A stretch of DNA of 64,000 nt from NCBI GenBank assembly GCA_964510885.1, contig CAZEDL010000006.1, positions 12,531 through 76,530 on the forward strand, read 5' to 3'. A model generated the notes under the pieces. It saw only the letters and a program-made list of their open reading frames with translations. It was not told the DNA's origin and did not search any database. Below are positions 46,044-55,887 of the stretch, piece by piece. Within the stretch, counting starts at the first letter, position 1. Each line of letters opens with the position of its first letter. Made by a program: the position numbers and the translations under genes. This stretch comes from an uncultured Gammaproteobacteria bacterium (lineage in GTDB: Bacteria; Patescibacteriota; Patescibacteriia; Magasanikbacterales; GWA2-37-8).

Positions 46044-49000
46044 ATGTCTGATTTTGTCCATCTCCACGTCCACAGTCATTACTCCTTGCTTGATGCCTTG
46101 CCGCAAATTCCGGATCTCGTGTCCGAAGCTAAACGGCGCGGCTTCAAGGCTCTCGCGCTCACCGACCATGGCAACCTCTATGGCGCTATTGAATTTTACG
46201 AAGAATGTGAGAAGCAAGGGATTAAGCCTATCATCGGCGTAGAAGTCTATGTAGCGCCCGGGAGCCGGCAAGACAAGGCGACTCCACACCAAAAAATTAG
46301 TCACTTGGTTCTGCTTGCGGAAAATCGAACGGGCTACGATAACCTGATCCAGTTAGTGTCGATTGCCCAGCTTGAAGGGGTGATTGCTGGCAAAGCCTGT
46401 GTAGACAAAGACCTGCTGCGTAAGCATCATGACGGAATTATTGCCCTGTCCGGCTGCCTCGAAGGTGAACTCGGACAATTAATTTTTAAAGAAAGTAACC
46501 TCACGAAAGGTAAAGCGGCAGCACTCGAGTATCAGGATATTTTTGGGGCAAATAATTTTTTTCTCGAACTCGGTGACTTGCCGGCGCTACCCGGCCAATT
46601 CGAACTTAATGCCGGCCTCATTACCATCGCCAAAGAGACCAACATCCCCCTTGTTGTCACGCGCGACGCGCATTATCTGCATCCCGAAGACGGCGAAGCG
46701 CAGGATACGTTAGTCTGCATTCGCGATGGTGTGACTTCGGAAGAACCGAACCGTACCAGCCTGGTTGAAGTTGATTTATCGCTTGCTCCCGGGAATGTGA
46801 TCGCCGCTCGTTTCAAACATTTGCCCGAAGCGATAGCCAACACCGGCCGCATTGCCGACCGCATTGATTTAAAATTAAAGCTGAATCAGTGGCACTTTGC
46901 CGCTGTCGATTTGCCAGCTGGTGCTACCGCTGATACCTATTTGCGCCAGCTTGTCTACGAAAAATTACCCCTCCTCACCGAGATCACCGACGCCGTGCGA
47001 GAGCGAGTTGATTACGAACTCGACATTATTAGTAAAAAAGGCTACTCGCCTTACTTTTTAGTGGTGGCCGATTATGTGCAATATGCCCGCGATCACGGCA
47101 TTGTAGAAACCACTCGTGGCTCCGGTGCCGGCTCAATTGTGTCGTATGCCATGGGAATCACTACCGTCAATCCACTTTATTTCAAATTACCCTTTGAACG
47201 CTTTTTAAATCCGTTCCGCCCGAGCCCCCCTGATATCGACGCCGATTTTGCCGACGACCGCCGCGACGACATGATTGCCTATGTGACCAAAAAATATGGC
47301 GCCGACAAAGTGGCTCAGATCATCACCTTCGGAACCATGCAAGCGCGCGCTGCCGTGCGTGATGTTGGCCGGGCCCTCGGCTATTCATATTCCTTCTGTG
47401 ATCAGGTCGCCAAACTTATTCCCTTCGGCGCACAAGGCTTTCAGATGACGATCGACAAAGCGCTCGACCTTGAACCAGATCTCAAGAAATTATACCAGGC
47501 CAATCCGCAAGCGCAGCGTCTTTTGGATCTGGCGCGCAAAGTGGAAGGTTGTGCCCGCCATGCGTCGGTGCATGCGGCTGGAGTGGTAATCGCACCCACG
47601 CCACTGACTGATTTCACTCCCGTGCAGCGCGAAGCGGGTGGCGAAAAAGTGACTACTCAATATGATATGCACTCCGTGGAAGCCGCCGGACTTTTAAAAA
47701 TGGATTTTTTGGGAATCCGTAACCTCTCAATCCTCGGGCACGCTGTGGAAATCATTGAAAAAACGACCGCTCAAAAAATTGATATTCATAATCTCCCGTG
47801 GGACGATGCCAAAACGTACGCCATGCTGGCGCGCGGCGAAACTGTGGGTGTGTTTCAGCTCTCGGGCTCTGGCATGACCCGCTATCTCAAAGAACTTAAG
47901 CCAGCCAGCATCTTTGACATTATGGCCATGGTGGCGCTGTTCCGGCCCGGCCCGATGGAATCAATCCCTGAATATATCCGCCGCAAAAACCATGCTGAAT
48001 TGATTGAATATCTCGATCCGCGCATGAAAGAATATCTCGACCAGTCGCTCGGGCTGATTGTGTATCAAGATGACGTGCTCCTCACCGCTATCCATCTTGG
48101 CGGGTACAACTGGGAAGAAGCCGACAAATTTCGCAAAGCCATGGGTAAAAAAATTCCCGAAGAAATGGCCAAGCAAAAAGAAAAGTTTTTCAAAGGTTGT
48201 CGCGAATATGGCAAAGTGTCCGATCTCAAAATCCATCGTCTGTGGGAGCTGATCGAGCCCTTTGCGGCCTACGGGTTTAACAAAGCCCATGCCGCGAGCT
48301 ATGGCGTCGTCGCTTACCAAACCGCCTACCTCAAAGCTAATTTCCCGCTGCAATACATGACGGCAGTCCTCATCGCCGAAAGCGGTGATATAGAAAAAGT
48401 CCCTGAAATTATTCAGGAATGTGAGCGCATGGGCGTAAAAGTTTTACCGCCCGACATTAACGCCAGCTTCAAAAGTTTTGCCATGGTCACGCCCGAGGAT
48501 GGGGGAGAGGCCCATATTCGGTTTGGCCTGTCAGGTATTAAAAATGTTGGTGAACATATTGCGGAAGTCATCTATCGCGAACGCCAAGAGCATGGTAAAT
48601 ATAAAAATTTGGAAGATCTGCTCACACGTATCAAAGATCGCGACCTCAACAAAAAATCTTTGGAAAGTTTGATCAAATGCGGAGCCTTTGATTCCTTTGG
48701 ATTTGATCGGAATCACTTGCTCATGAATGTCGAAAACATGCTGGCCTTTTTCCGGGCAGTCCATGAAGATACCAGCTCGCGCCAGCATTCTCTTTTTGCC
48801 GGCACCGCTCTTGAAGGGGTAAAAAAGCTCCGCCTGGATCCGGCACCCGACAGCACCGAAGCCCAAAAGCTCGTCTGGGAAAAAGAGCTGCTTGGATTGT
48901 ATGTGTCCTCTCATCCATTTATTCGCTATCAGGAAATGTTTGGCGCAACTCTCACGCGCGTGACAGATCTGCCCGGGAAGCCGCGTTCGACATGGGTAGT

Positions 49001-49544
49001 GGTGGGTGGCGTGATCGATAGCACCAAAAAGAAAATTACTCGGAGCGGTAAAGCTATGATGTTTGTGACCGTGCAAGACACCAGCGGCAGCCTGGAATTA
49101 TTGGTCTTCCCCAAAACCTACGAAACCACCAAAGATATCTGGGTGCCCGGCGCGCTCGTAGCGGTGGTTGGCAAAACTGGCGATGAAGAAGGGGATGATA
49201 AATTGTTTGTAGAAAAAGCCTATGCTATCACCGAGGCCAGCGCTCCGCTATTGATTCAGCAATTATCGGCCGGTTCTGCGGGTGTTAGCTTGCGTAAACA
49301 TGCCGGCGCTTTTGGGCTCTCCGGGCCAAAAATGGTACAAACAGCAGACGGAAATATTGAAATTACATTATCAAACAGCGAAGCCGCGGCTCGCTCTAAC
49401 GCTCTCAAAGAGATCTTTAAAAAGTATCCTGGATCAGCGCAGGTTTATTTGATAGTTGGTGATAAAAAAATAAAAACAGCCTTTACTATCGAAGCCTCAG
49501 CTGTGTGTTTGCAGGAATTTAAATCTTTAGGGATAGGAGTATGA
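46044..49544 (+). CDS. dnaE: DNA polymerase III alpha subunit
   Basis: PHP domain (HLHVHSHYSLLD), palm/fingers motifs and an OB-fold. The internal ATG at 46044 is preferred. Confidence 0.95.
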   Translation: MSDFVHLHVHSHYSLLDALPQIPDLVSEAKRRGFKALALTDHGNLYGAIEFYEECEKQGIKPIIGVEVYVAPGSRQDKATPHQKISHLVLLAENRTGYDNLIQLVSIAQLEGVIAGKACVDKDLLRKHHDGIIALSGCLEGELGQLIFKESNLTKGKAAALEYQDIFGANNFFLELGDLPALPGQFELNAGLITIAKETNIPLVVTRDAHYLHPEDGEAQDTLVCIRDGVTSEEPNRTSLVEVDLSLAPGNVIAARFKHLPEAIANTGRIADRIDLKLKLNQWHFAAVDLPAGATADTYLRQLVYEKLPLLTEITDAVRERVDYELDIISKKGYSPYFLVVADYVQYARDHGIVETTRGSGAGSIVSYAMGITTVNPLYFKLPFERFLNPFRPSPPDIDADFADDRRDDMIAYVTKKYGADKVAQIITFGTMQARAAVRDVGRALGYSYSFCDQVAKLIPFGAQGFQMTIDKALDLEPDLKKLYQANPQAQRLLDLARKVEGCARHASVHAAGVVIAPTPLTDFTPVQREAGGEKVTTQYDMHSVEAAGLLKMDFLGIRNLSILGHAVEIIEKTTAQKIDIHNLPWDDAKTYAMLARGETVGVFQLSGSGMTRYLKELKPASIFDIMAMVALFRPGPMESIPEYIRRKNHAELIEYLDPRMKEYLDQSLGLIVYQDDVLLTAIHLGGYNWEEADKFRKAMGKKIPEEMAKQKEKFFKGCREYGKVSDLKIHRLWELIEPFAAYGFNKAHAASYGVVAYQTAYLKANFPLQYMTAVLIAESGDIEKVPEIIQECERMGVKVLPPDINASFKSFAMVTPEDGGEAHIRFGLSGIKNVGEHIAEVIYRERQEHGKYKNLEDLLTRIKDRDLNKKSLESLIKCGAFDSFGFDRNHLLMNVENMLAFFRAVHEDTSSRQHSLFAGTALEGVKKLRLDPAPDSTEAQKLVWEKELLGLYVSSHPFIRYQEMFGATLTRVTDLPGKPRSTWVVVGGVIDSTKKKITRSGKAMMFVTVQDTSGSLELLVFPKTYETTKDIWVPGALVAVVGKTGDEEGDDKLFVEKAYAITEASAPLLIQQLSAGSAGVSLRKHAGAFGLSGPKMVQTADGNIEITLSNSEAAARSNALKEIFKKYPGSAQVYLIVGDKKIKTAFTIEASAVCLQEFKSLGIGV

Positions 49545-49557
49545 CGTTTTCCTAAAC

Positions 49558-49587
49558 AAAAAACTGTCCACCATAGGACAGTTTTTT
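49558..49587. terminator. Bidirectional terminator AAAACTGTCC-accatag-GGACAGTTTT
   Basis: Seen in sequence. Confidence 0.7.
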
Positions 49588-49589
49588 GT

Positions 49590-50705
49590 TTACATTTTTT
49601 CAATTTCTTTATCGATCTTCCAATTCGGATCAACATGCAAATTTTTCCAGTGCGTAAATTTTTTATCCACTGCCAAGTAGTACCCTGCCGCCGCAATCAT
49701 CGCTCCATTATCCATACAGTATTTAAATGTGGGAATCTGGAATTTAGAATTTGGAATATGAATGGCGATCTGCTGTCCTAGTGTGTCGCGGAGCCTCTTG
49801 TTAGCTGCCACCCCACCCGCCAAAATAATGGTATGTGGCTGATACTGTTTTGCCGCTTTGATTGTTTTAGTCACCAGCACATCAACAATAGCCTGTTCAA
49901 AACTAGCACAAAAATCAGCTACGGTAATGGCAGCTGGTACTTGGCCAAACATGCCGGCCGGTAGAGGAGGGGGGATGAGTGACAAAGCTGCCAAGTTATG
50001 ATCTCGCAACCAATAAAGTGCCGCTGTTTTAAGGCCCGAAAAACTGAAATTAAAATTATCTTGATCCAGCATCGGCCGAGGGAAACGAATAGCGTCTGGG
50101 TTGCCTCCTAATGCCTGCTTAGAAATCTGCGGCCCGCCCGGGTAGGGGAATCCGAGCAGTTTAGCAACTTTATCAAAGCACTCACCAGCCGCATCATCCG
50201 CTGTGTGCCCGAGGCGCTCATACTCGGTATGACTCTTCATCAAAATAAGTTCGGTGTGCCCACCACTGACTAATAAAGCTAATGCCGGAAAAATAATCTC
50301 GGTATTTGGTTCTTGAGCGGTGCCAGTATTTTTAATTTCTACCGAGTGAATATGGCCTGACAAATGATTAGTAGCTACCACTCTAATATCGCGCGCAAAG
50401 CTAAGCGCTCGTGCGGCCTCTACGCCGACCACGAGCCCAGTCACAAGTCCTGGCCCTGCGGTCACTGCAATCACATCAGGTTTCAGTCGCTCTCCATTTG
50501 TACCCGTGAGCACTGCTTCAATCAGCGGCACAATTTTTTCCGCATGCATGCGTCCCGCAATTTCTGGCACCACTCCACCATACTTTTTATGAACCTCAAT
50601 TTGTGAGGCAGTTTTTTCGTTTACAACAAATAAACCCTGCTCTGAACATTCGAGCAGGGCGACTGATGTATCGTCACAAGAAGATTCGATACCGAGAACC
50701 AGCAT
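49590..50705 (-). CDS. tsaD: tRNA N6-adenosine threonylcarbamoyltransferase TsaD (Kae1/Gcp)
   Basis: MLVLGIESSCDDTSVAL N-terminus and ASKH-fold motifs. Confidence 0.93.
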   Translation of the reverse strand: MLVLGIESSCDDTSVALLECSEQGLFVVNEKTASQIEVHKKYGGVVPEIAGRMHAEKIVPLIEAVLTGTNGERLKPDVIAVTAGPGLVTGLVVGVEAARALSFARDIRVVATNHLSGHIHSVEIKNTGTAQEPNTEIIFPALALLVSGGHTELILMKSHTEYERLGHTADDAAGECFDKVAKLLGFPYPGGPQISKQALGGNPDAIRFPRPMLDQDNFNFSFSGLKTAALYWLRDHNLAALSLIPPPLPAGMFGQVPAAITVADFCASFEQAIVDVLVTKTIKAAKQYQPHTIILAGGVAANKRLRDTLGQQIAIHIPNSKFQIPTFKYCMDNGAMIAAAGYYLAVDKKFTHWKNLHVDPNWKIDKEIEKM

Positions 50706-50779
50706 AGATAGTTATATCTCAACTAGATTTGATTTCAGCAATTCGCAGCGCTGAAATGGGGAGGGTTTAGGAATCGTTA

Positions 50780-50820
50780 GGTTCCCGCTCCGCCAGCTGG
50801 CGGATGCGGCGGGGGAATCA
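50780..50820. repeat. Repeat family A-like palindromic element (GGTTCCCGC...GCGGGGGAATCA) inside a cluster of GC-rich hairpins
   Basis: It has the same architecture as 13083-13131 and 52126-52173. Confidence 0.5.
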
Positions 50821-50890
50821 GTCCCGACAAAGTCGGGACGCCCAAGGCGGCGGAAGCCACCTGGGAAAATCACCGCCGCGCGGTGATTTG

Positions 50891-50967
50891 TGTCAGAGGG
50901 GAGAATCGAACTCCCGACCTCGGGGTTATGAATCCCGTGCTCTAACCGACTGAGCTACCCTGACAGC
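50891..50967 (-). tRNA. tRNA-Met (anticodon CAT; elongator or Ile2-type, not initiator-like)
   Basis: The reverse complement gives GTCAGGG acceptor, GCTCAGTCGGTTAGAGC D-arm, anticodon loop UUCAUAA and GGGAGTTCGATTCTCCC T-arm. It lacks the three G-C pairs in the anticodon stem typical of initiator tRNA. Confidence 0.85.
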
Positions 50968-51080
50968 TGCAAAAAACAGTGAGGCCATACTATATAATTT
51001 TGGTCCAACTGTCAATCTAATTATCCTACATGGCTTAAAAAATATCTGCAAAGACGGGTTAAAAATTGTCGTTTCCAAAG

Positions 51081-51113
51081 CGACCCCCTACAGCACAGTG
51101 CTGCAGGGGGTCG
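51081..51113 (-). terminator. Perfect hairpin CGACCCCCT-ACAGCACAGTGCTG-CAGGGGGTCG downstream of the hydroxylase gene
   Basis: Seen in sequence. Confidence 0.6.
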
Positions 51114-51122
51114 GGCGGTGGC

Positions 51123-51947
51123 TTACCACCATGTAATATTGACATGACTCCAGGCCTCCCACCAACGGCTCCAGTTCCATTTCCAGGGCCAACCGTAGGT
51201 GGCCAGCCGCTTCCACCAGGGTGGCAGATGTGTGGTGCCGAAGAGTCGGTCAGCGATAGCCAAGCGACTGGTGATTTCGAGCCACATGCTCGGGCCACCC
51301 TTCATCGAGAAGCCGAACTGGCGGCCATAGCCATGGTGCAATCCATGGTGCGGGCGACAGCCAGCAATCAGCCAGCCATAAGCCCCGGTCGGCTGCCATT
51401 CGGTGTGGAGGGTAAAGTGCACCACATCGATCCACCAGGCTTTGCCGATGGCGTACGTAATGGCCGCTAGCGCCACCCGCGGGCTCAAGAACCAAAGCCA
51501 CCCGAATACCGCCCAGTCAGCGAGGACAGCTGCTGGCATTGAGCGGAGCGGGAAGAAGAGCTCGGACAGATCGCTCGGGTTCGCATGGTGCGCCCCGTGG
51601 CTCCGGCGTGGGCCACGGGGTAAGATTAGGCTCGTCCATTTCAGCACACCGCGCGGCACATGCTGCACATTGCCATGGATGAACCATTCAAGAGAGAGCT
51701 TGATGAACAGAATCAGGCCGATCGCGATGAGGGCGAGCACCCAGTGATGCGGAGTGCTGGTGAAGCGCGGTACGCGAAAAAAGGCGGCAAGATGGGTGAG
51801 GAATAGCAGGGCCAGGAACCACGGGGTCGGCTCCCTGATGATAATGGCGAGCGCCTTCTCAAAGGTGTCAGTGTTCGGAATAAAAAAGCTCGGGCTCGGC
51901 TTGGCGTTAGTCGGAGTCATGGCAAACCTCCTTGCCTTTTTTGGCAT
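51123..51947 (-). CDS. Fatty acid hydroxylase superfamily membrane protein (sterol desaturase-like; histidine boxes)
   Basis: His clusters HGAHH and HHGLHH in a multi-TM context. GC is about 57%, above the background. Confidence 0.55.
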   Translation of the reverse strand: MPKKARRFAMTPTNAKPSPSFFIPNTDTFEKALAIIIREPTPWFLALLFLTHLAAFFRVPRFTSTPHHWVLALIAIGLILFIKLSLEWFIHGNVQHVPRGVLKWTSLILPRGPRRSHGAHHANPSDLSELFFPLRSMPAAVLADWAVFGWLWFLSPRVALAAITYAIGKAWWIDVVHFTLHTEWQPTGAYGWLIAGCRPHHGLHHGYGRQFGFSMKGGPSMWLEITSRLAIADRLFGTTHLPPWWKRLATYGWPWKWNWSRWWEAWSHVNITWW

Positions 51948-52125
51948 AAAGCCGTTGTTAAAAATAGGCGAACAGATGTTCCTGTATTTTGAACAGCGGC
52001 CGTGCCGATGTAAAAGAACTGATTAATTTTAAAAAGATAAAGATAGTTCTAACCTAGCATAGCCGCTTAAGACTGTCTATAAATTAGTAGTCGAGCTTGA
52101 TGAATAGTCACCAAAAACTCGTTTT

Positions 52126-52173
52126 GTCATTCCCACCCCCGCTTACGCTGGGGGTAAACTCCGGCGGGAATCC
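52126..52173 (+). repeat. Palindromic repeat family A, copy 2
   Basis: GTCATTCCCACCCCCGCTTACGCTGGGGGTAAACTCCGGCGGGAATCC, near-identical to the reverse complement of 13083-13131. Confidence 0.7.
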
Positions 52174-52202
52174 AGTCACGCGTCATCGTACTAGGCTCAA
52201 CC

Positions 52203-52294
52203 TGTCATTCTGAGCGTTAGCGAAGAATCCCTTAAAGTTAAATTTTGGTATTAGTTTTAGCGTCAAGGGATCTTTCACTGCGTTCAGGATGACA
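52203..52294. repeat. MITE-like repeat family B, copy 2 (TIRs TGTCATTCTGAG...TCAGGATGACA)
   Basis: The left arm is near-identical to 13826-13860. The internal inverted repeats are GTCATTCTGAGCGTTAGCGAAGAATCCC and GGGATCTTTCACTGCGTTCAGGATGAC. Confidence 0.7.
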
Positions 52295-52337
52295 CTTGCC
52301 CGCCAAGCTCGTTTATGAACAATATCTCACTAATAAA

Positions 52338-52361
52338 AAATCCCGCCACCAGGCGGGATTT
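52338..52361 (-). terminator. Terminator AAATCCCGCC-acca-GGCGGGATTT for the minus-strand gene at 52378
   Basis: Seen in sequence, with a T run on the minus strand. Confidence 0.65.
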
Positions 52362-52377
52362 AATAACTAATTAAAAC

Positions 52378-52866
52378 TTATTGAGCCAAGCTGCTGTCAG
52401 CGGCCGTGGTCGCTACCGCTGTTCCACCAGTACAGCCTTTTACCGCCGTGCGGAATTGAGTCTCCGCTGCTTTTGCAGCCGTCACATGAGCCTTGACCGC
52501 AGTGCGATGACTGGTGCGATAAGTGCTCCACGCAGCTGCGATTGCTGTATTTCGAGCGCTTACTTCGGTCTGAGCCCAGGCACTAACGAGTGCTGTCTTA
52601 CGAGTTGCTAACGCACTCGCTTGCGCGCTGCTAAAAGTGGTAAAAGCACTAGCAAGAGCATCTTCACGAACCCCAACTGCTGCCCCCACACAAGCAGTAT
52701 CGAGCGTAGCTCCTGACTTACGAGCTACCTTTGCTTCCATCTTAGTTTCAAGTTTTGCATCCCGCGCTTCTAGCTTGGTTTCCATATTCAGGCCCATCGC
52801 CGCTACTGGGCTCGTCATAAGGAGCGAAGACGCTACCAACACACTACCAATAAATTTATTAAGCAT
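52378..52866 (-). CDS. Hypothetical secreted Ala/Thr-rich protein
   Basis: Signal peptide and low-complexity A/T/S-rich repeats. Confidence 0.45.
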   Translation of the reverse strand: MLNKFIGSVLVASSLLMTSPVAAMGLNMETKLEARDAKLETKMEAKVARKSGATLDTACVGAAVGVREDALASAFTTFSSAQASALATRKTALVSAWAQTEVSARNTAIAAAWSTYRTSHRTAVKAHVTAAKAAETQFRTAVKGCTGGTAVATTAADSSLAQ

Positions 52867-53016
52867 AACAAAAATAATTAACTAGTATAAAAAATAATCT
52901 GACTCGACCTTTTGTTTCTACAGTATACACTATTTTTTACCATTGGTTACAGATATAACTTTGTTTATTGCCGAAGCTCGTGGTAAGATCCGTGGAGAAA
53001 ACCCCTTATAAATGCT

Positions 53017-53625
53017 ATGAACACGCTTTCCTTTAATTCAATTCTCGCCTGGGTCGCCGCCCAAGGCTATCCACTTGTCTTCTTAGGCATGTGTGCCGAA
53101 GGCCCTGCAGTCACCGCCGCCTCGGCCTTCACCGCCGCCCTCGGTCACTTCAACCCGTGGGTTATTTTGTTATTATCGATTTTAGGCGATCTAATTCCCG
53201 ACACCATTTATTATTATATCGGCTTCTTCGGCCGCCTCAGTATGGTGAAGTGGATCGAAAAACGGGCCAAGGCCACCCCCAGCCGCCTCGATAAACTGCA
53301 CCACCTCATGCATCAAAATCATACCAAGACCATGCTTACCCTTAAATTTACACCTTTTATCGCCATTCCTGGATTTATCATGATCGGTGCCAAACGGTGG
53401 TCTTACTGGCGATTTATTTGGGTGTGTGCCCTGATCACCGTACCAAAATCTATCATCTTGGTCTTGCTTGGTTATTATGCTGGTGACTTTCTCAAACTCC
53501 ACCCCGGCTATCTGGAACGGTTCGATGTTGTTTTACTCTGCCTACTATTTTTGTTTATTGGTGTGCCATTCCTCTATTCACGCATATCAGTATATATTGC
53601 CAACCGGCTTGAGAAAAAGGTATGA
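53017..53625 (+). CDS. DedA/VTT-domain-like membrane protein (putative)
   Basis: A multi-TM 202-aa protein with a G/D/P-containing re-entrant-loop-like segment. The assignment is tentative. Its end overlaps the downstream glycosyltransferase gene by 4 nt. Confidence 0.4.
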   Translation: MNTLSFNSILAWVAAQGYPLVFLGMCAEGPAVTAASAFTAALGHFNPWVILLLSILGDLIPDTIYYYIGFFGRLSMVKWIEKRAKATPSRLDKLHHLMHQNHTKTMLTLKFTPFIAIPGFIMIGAKRWSYWRFIWVCALITVPKSIILVLLGYYAGDFLKLHPGYLERFDVVLLCLLFLFIGVPFLYSRISVYIANRLEKKV

Positions 53626-54806
53626 GGCTGGCATTGTTTTCCGACAATTTTTATCCGGAATTAAGCGGCATCACCGATTCGCTGCTCGTACTCGGCCGCG
53701 AACTGGCAGAGGCCGGCCACACCGTAGCTTTTTTTGTCCCATACTACAGTGAAAAAAATTTCTTACGCTCCAATCTATCACCCGCTGAAATATCGATCGC
53801 GCCGAGAGTCAACATCATTCGTTTGCCCTCATACCCCTTTCCCACCGGTACCCGCCAAGGCCGCCTGGTAATTCCCTGGCCACATCTGACTCTAGAAGTT
53901 GCTCGCTTCCGCCCCGATATTATTCATACCCATTTATTTTTTGGGGTGGGTCTCGTTGCGCTGCGCGCGGCCCGCGAACTTAGGGTCCCACTCCTCGGCA
54001 CCAATCACACGCTACTGTCCGAATTCATGCGTCTTAGCCCAATTGGTAAAAGTTTTCTGTCATATCTCGGCAATGCTTATGTCCGCTGGTACTACAATCA
54101 CTGTGCCGAGATTACCGTGCCCGCCACTAGCCTGCGGGAAAGCATGATCACGAGCGGAGTTACTCGGCCCATCACCATCATGGATAATCCGATTGATGCC
54201 ACTATCTTTAAACCAGTAACCGCGGCCGATAAAGCGCGCTATCGAAGCAAGTGGCAGTGCACCGGGCCGACTGTTGTCTACGCTGGCCGCCTGTCCGGCG
54301 AAAAAAATGTGGCCGCGGTGATAAGCGCCTTCACCGAAGTGGTGCGGGTCCTGCCGGAAGCAGAACTGGTGCTTGCGGGCCATGGCAGTTTGGAATCAGA
54401 CCTGCGCTCTCAAGCAGCCAAGAGCCCTGCTGACAAGCGCATTCGATTTCTCGGCACCCTTGATAAAGCCTCTTTGGCCGAAGTCTATGTGGCGAGTGAT
54501 CTGTTTGTCACGGCCAGCCCCTCCGAAAATCAACCGCTTACACTGCTGCAGGCACTGGCCACTGGTTTGCCAGCTGTTGGGGTGCGCTCTGGCGGCCTCA
54601 GCGAATATATCCGTCCGGAATATGGCCGTTTGGCCGAAGTGGGGGATACCCTCGGGTTTGCCCGCCACATCCGCTATTATTTGCAGCACCCCGAGGAGTT
54701 GTCAGTCGCCTCCACCGCCGCGATAGCTGCCTCCCATCGTTTTTCCAGCGCTGTAGTAAGCCAAAAATGGCTTACATTATACCAATCCCTGCTTAAAAAA
54801 CCTTGA
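53622..54806 (+). CDS. Glycosyltransferase family 4 (GT-B, retaining)
   Basis: An N-terminal GT4 N-domain and a C-terminal EX7E-type region (SPSENQPLTLLQALATGLP). Confidence 0.85.
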   Translation: MRLALFSDNFYPELSGITDSLLVLGRELAEAGHTVAFFVPYYSEKNFLRSNLSPAEISIAPRVNIIRLPSYPFPTGTRQGRLVIPWPHLTLEVARFRPDIIHTHLFFGVGLVALRAARELRVPLLGTNHTLLSEFMRLSPIGKSFLSYLGNAYVRWYYNHCAEITVPATSLRESMITSGVTRPITIMDNPIDATIFKPVTAADKARYRSKWQCTGPTVVYAGRLSGEKNVAAVISAFTEVVRVLPEAELVLAGHGSLESDLRSQAAKSPADKRIRFLGTLDKASLAEVYVASDLFVTASPSENQPLTLLQALATGLPAVGVRSGGLSEYIRPEYGRLAEVGDTLGFARHIRYYLQHPEELSVASTAAIAASHRFSSAVVSQKWLTLYQSLLKKP

Positions 54807-54866
54807 AATCAGTCCCTAGACTCAGGTACAATATCTCTCTATCTGATTGTACATTTGAGAGGAGTT

Positions 54867-55877
54867 ATGAAGATCAGTTTTGTTATCCCAGCCTACAACG
54901 AACAAGATTATCTCGGCCTCTGCCTTGATTCAGTCCTGCGGGAACTAAGCCGTGGCACCTATGATGCCGAGATTATTGTCGTTAACAACGCCAGCACCGA
55001 CAACACTCCGGCTGTCGCGGCTTCATTCCCGGGCGTCACCGTTGTCACCGAAACCAAAAAAGGCCTCACCGCTGCCCGCGCCGCTGGTTTTCGCGCGGCC
55101 ACGGGCGAACTAATTGCCAATATTGATGCCGATACCATGCTCCCGCCGGGCTGGCTCGCCACCGTTATGGCCGAATTTTCTAAGCGGCCAAATTTAGTGG
55201 CACTCAGCGGCCCCATGGCCTACTACGATGTCCCATTTATGACCAACCTGGCGCGCTGGACATTCTATGGCCTCGCCTACGTATCATACGTGGTTAATAA
55301 ATGCATTCTTAAAATTGGCTCACTGGTGCAAGGGGGTAACTTCGTTGTCCGCCGCTCGGCCCTGCAGCAAATCGGCGGCTATGACACCGCCTTTGAATTC
55401 TATGGCGAAGATGCCGACATGGCCCGCCGCCTCCACAAAGTCGGCGATGTCAGATTTACGTTTCGCTTGCCTATGAATAGCTCCGGCCGCCGCCTGATTG
55501 TCGAAGGCGCCTGGACTACCGCTTATCACTACGCCGCCAATTATTTCTCCACCCTAATTTTAAAAAAACCAATCACCACCACTGCCCGCGCTGTGCGCAG
55601 TGCTGACGTGGAATCGATCGCCGATACTCAGTCGCCGCTGCGCAAAACCGGATTATTTGTCGCCCTCGGCGCGGTTACTCTTGCCGTCATTGGCGCCGGA
55701 GTGCTCGTTGGTAATCAGAACATCGCCAAAAGTAATGGGGCTGTGGCTCGCGTACAACTCGCTATGCCGGCTACCACCGTGAAGCTGGCGCGCCTCGAAG
55801 ATCGTATCTCCACCAAACTACAGGAATGGTACAGCTATATAAAAGATACCGAAGTCTACGAAACGATAACTAACTAG
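54867..55877 (+). CDS. Glycosyltransferase family 2 with a C-terminal TM anchor
   Basis: N-terminal ISFVIPAYNE, a DxD region (NIDADT) and a C-terminal TM helix. The ATG at 54867 is preferred. Confidence 0.85.
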   Translation: MKISFVIPAYNEQDYLGLCLDSVLRELSRGTYDAEIIVVNNASTDNTPAVAASFPGVTVVTETKKGLTAARAAGFRAATGELIANIDADTMLPPGWLATVMAEFSKRPNLVALSGPMAYYDVPFMTNLARWTFYGLAYVSYVVNKCILKIGSLVQGGNFVVRRSALQQIGGYDTAFEFYGEDADMARRLHKVGDVRFTFRLPMNSSGRRLIVEGAWTTAYHYAANYFSTLILKKPITTTARAVRSADVESIADTQSPLRKTGLFVALGAVTLAVIGAGVLVGNQNIAKSNGAVARVQLAMPATTVKLARLEDRISTKLQEWYSYIKDTEVYETITN

Positions 55878-55887
55878 TATAAACCAT

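Noticed and set aside
50750-50890. SRP (4.5S) RNA, suggested by the GGAA-containing GC-rich hairpin near tRNA-Met
   Set aside because: I could not find the conserved domain IV symmetric/asymmetric loop motif (AGCA...GGAAG), and the hairpins resemble the family A repeat architecture instead.
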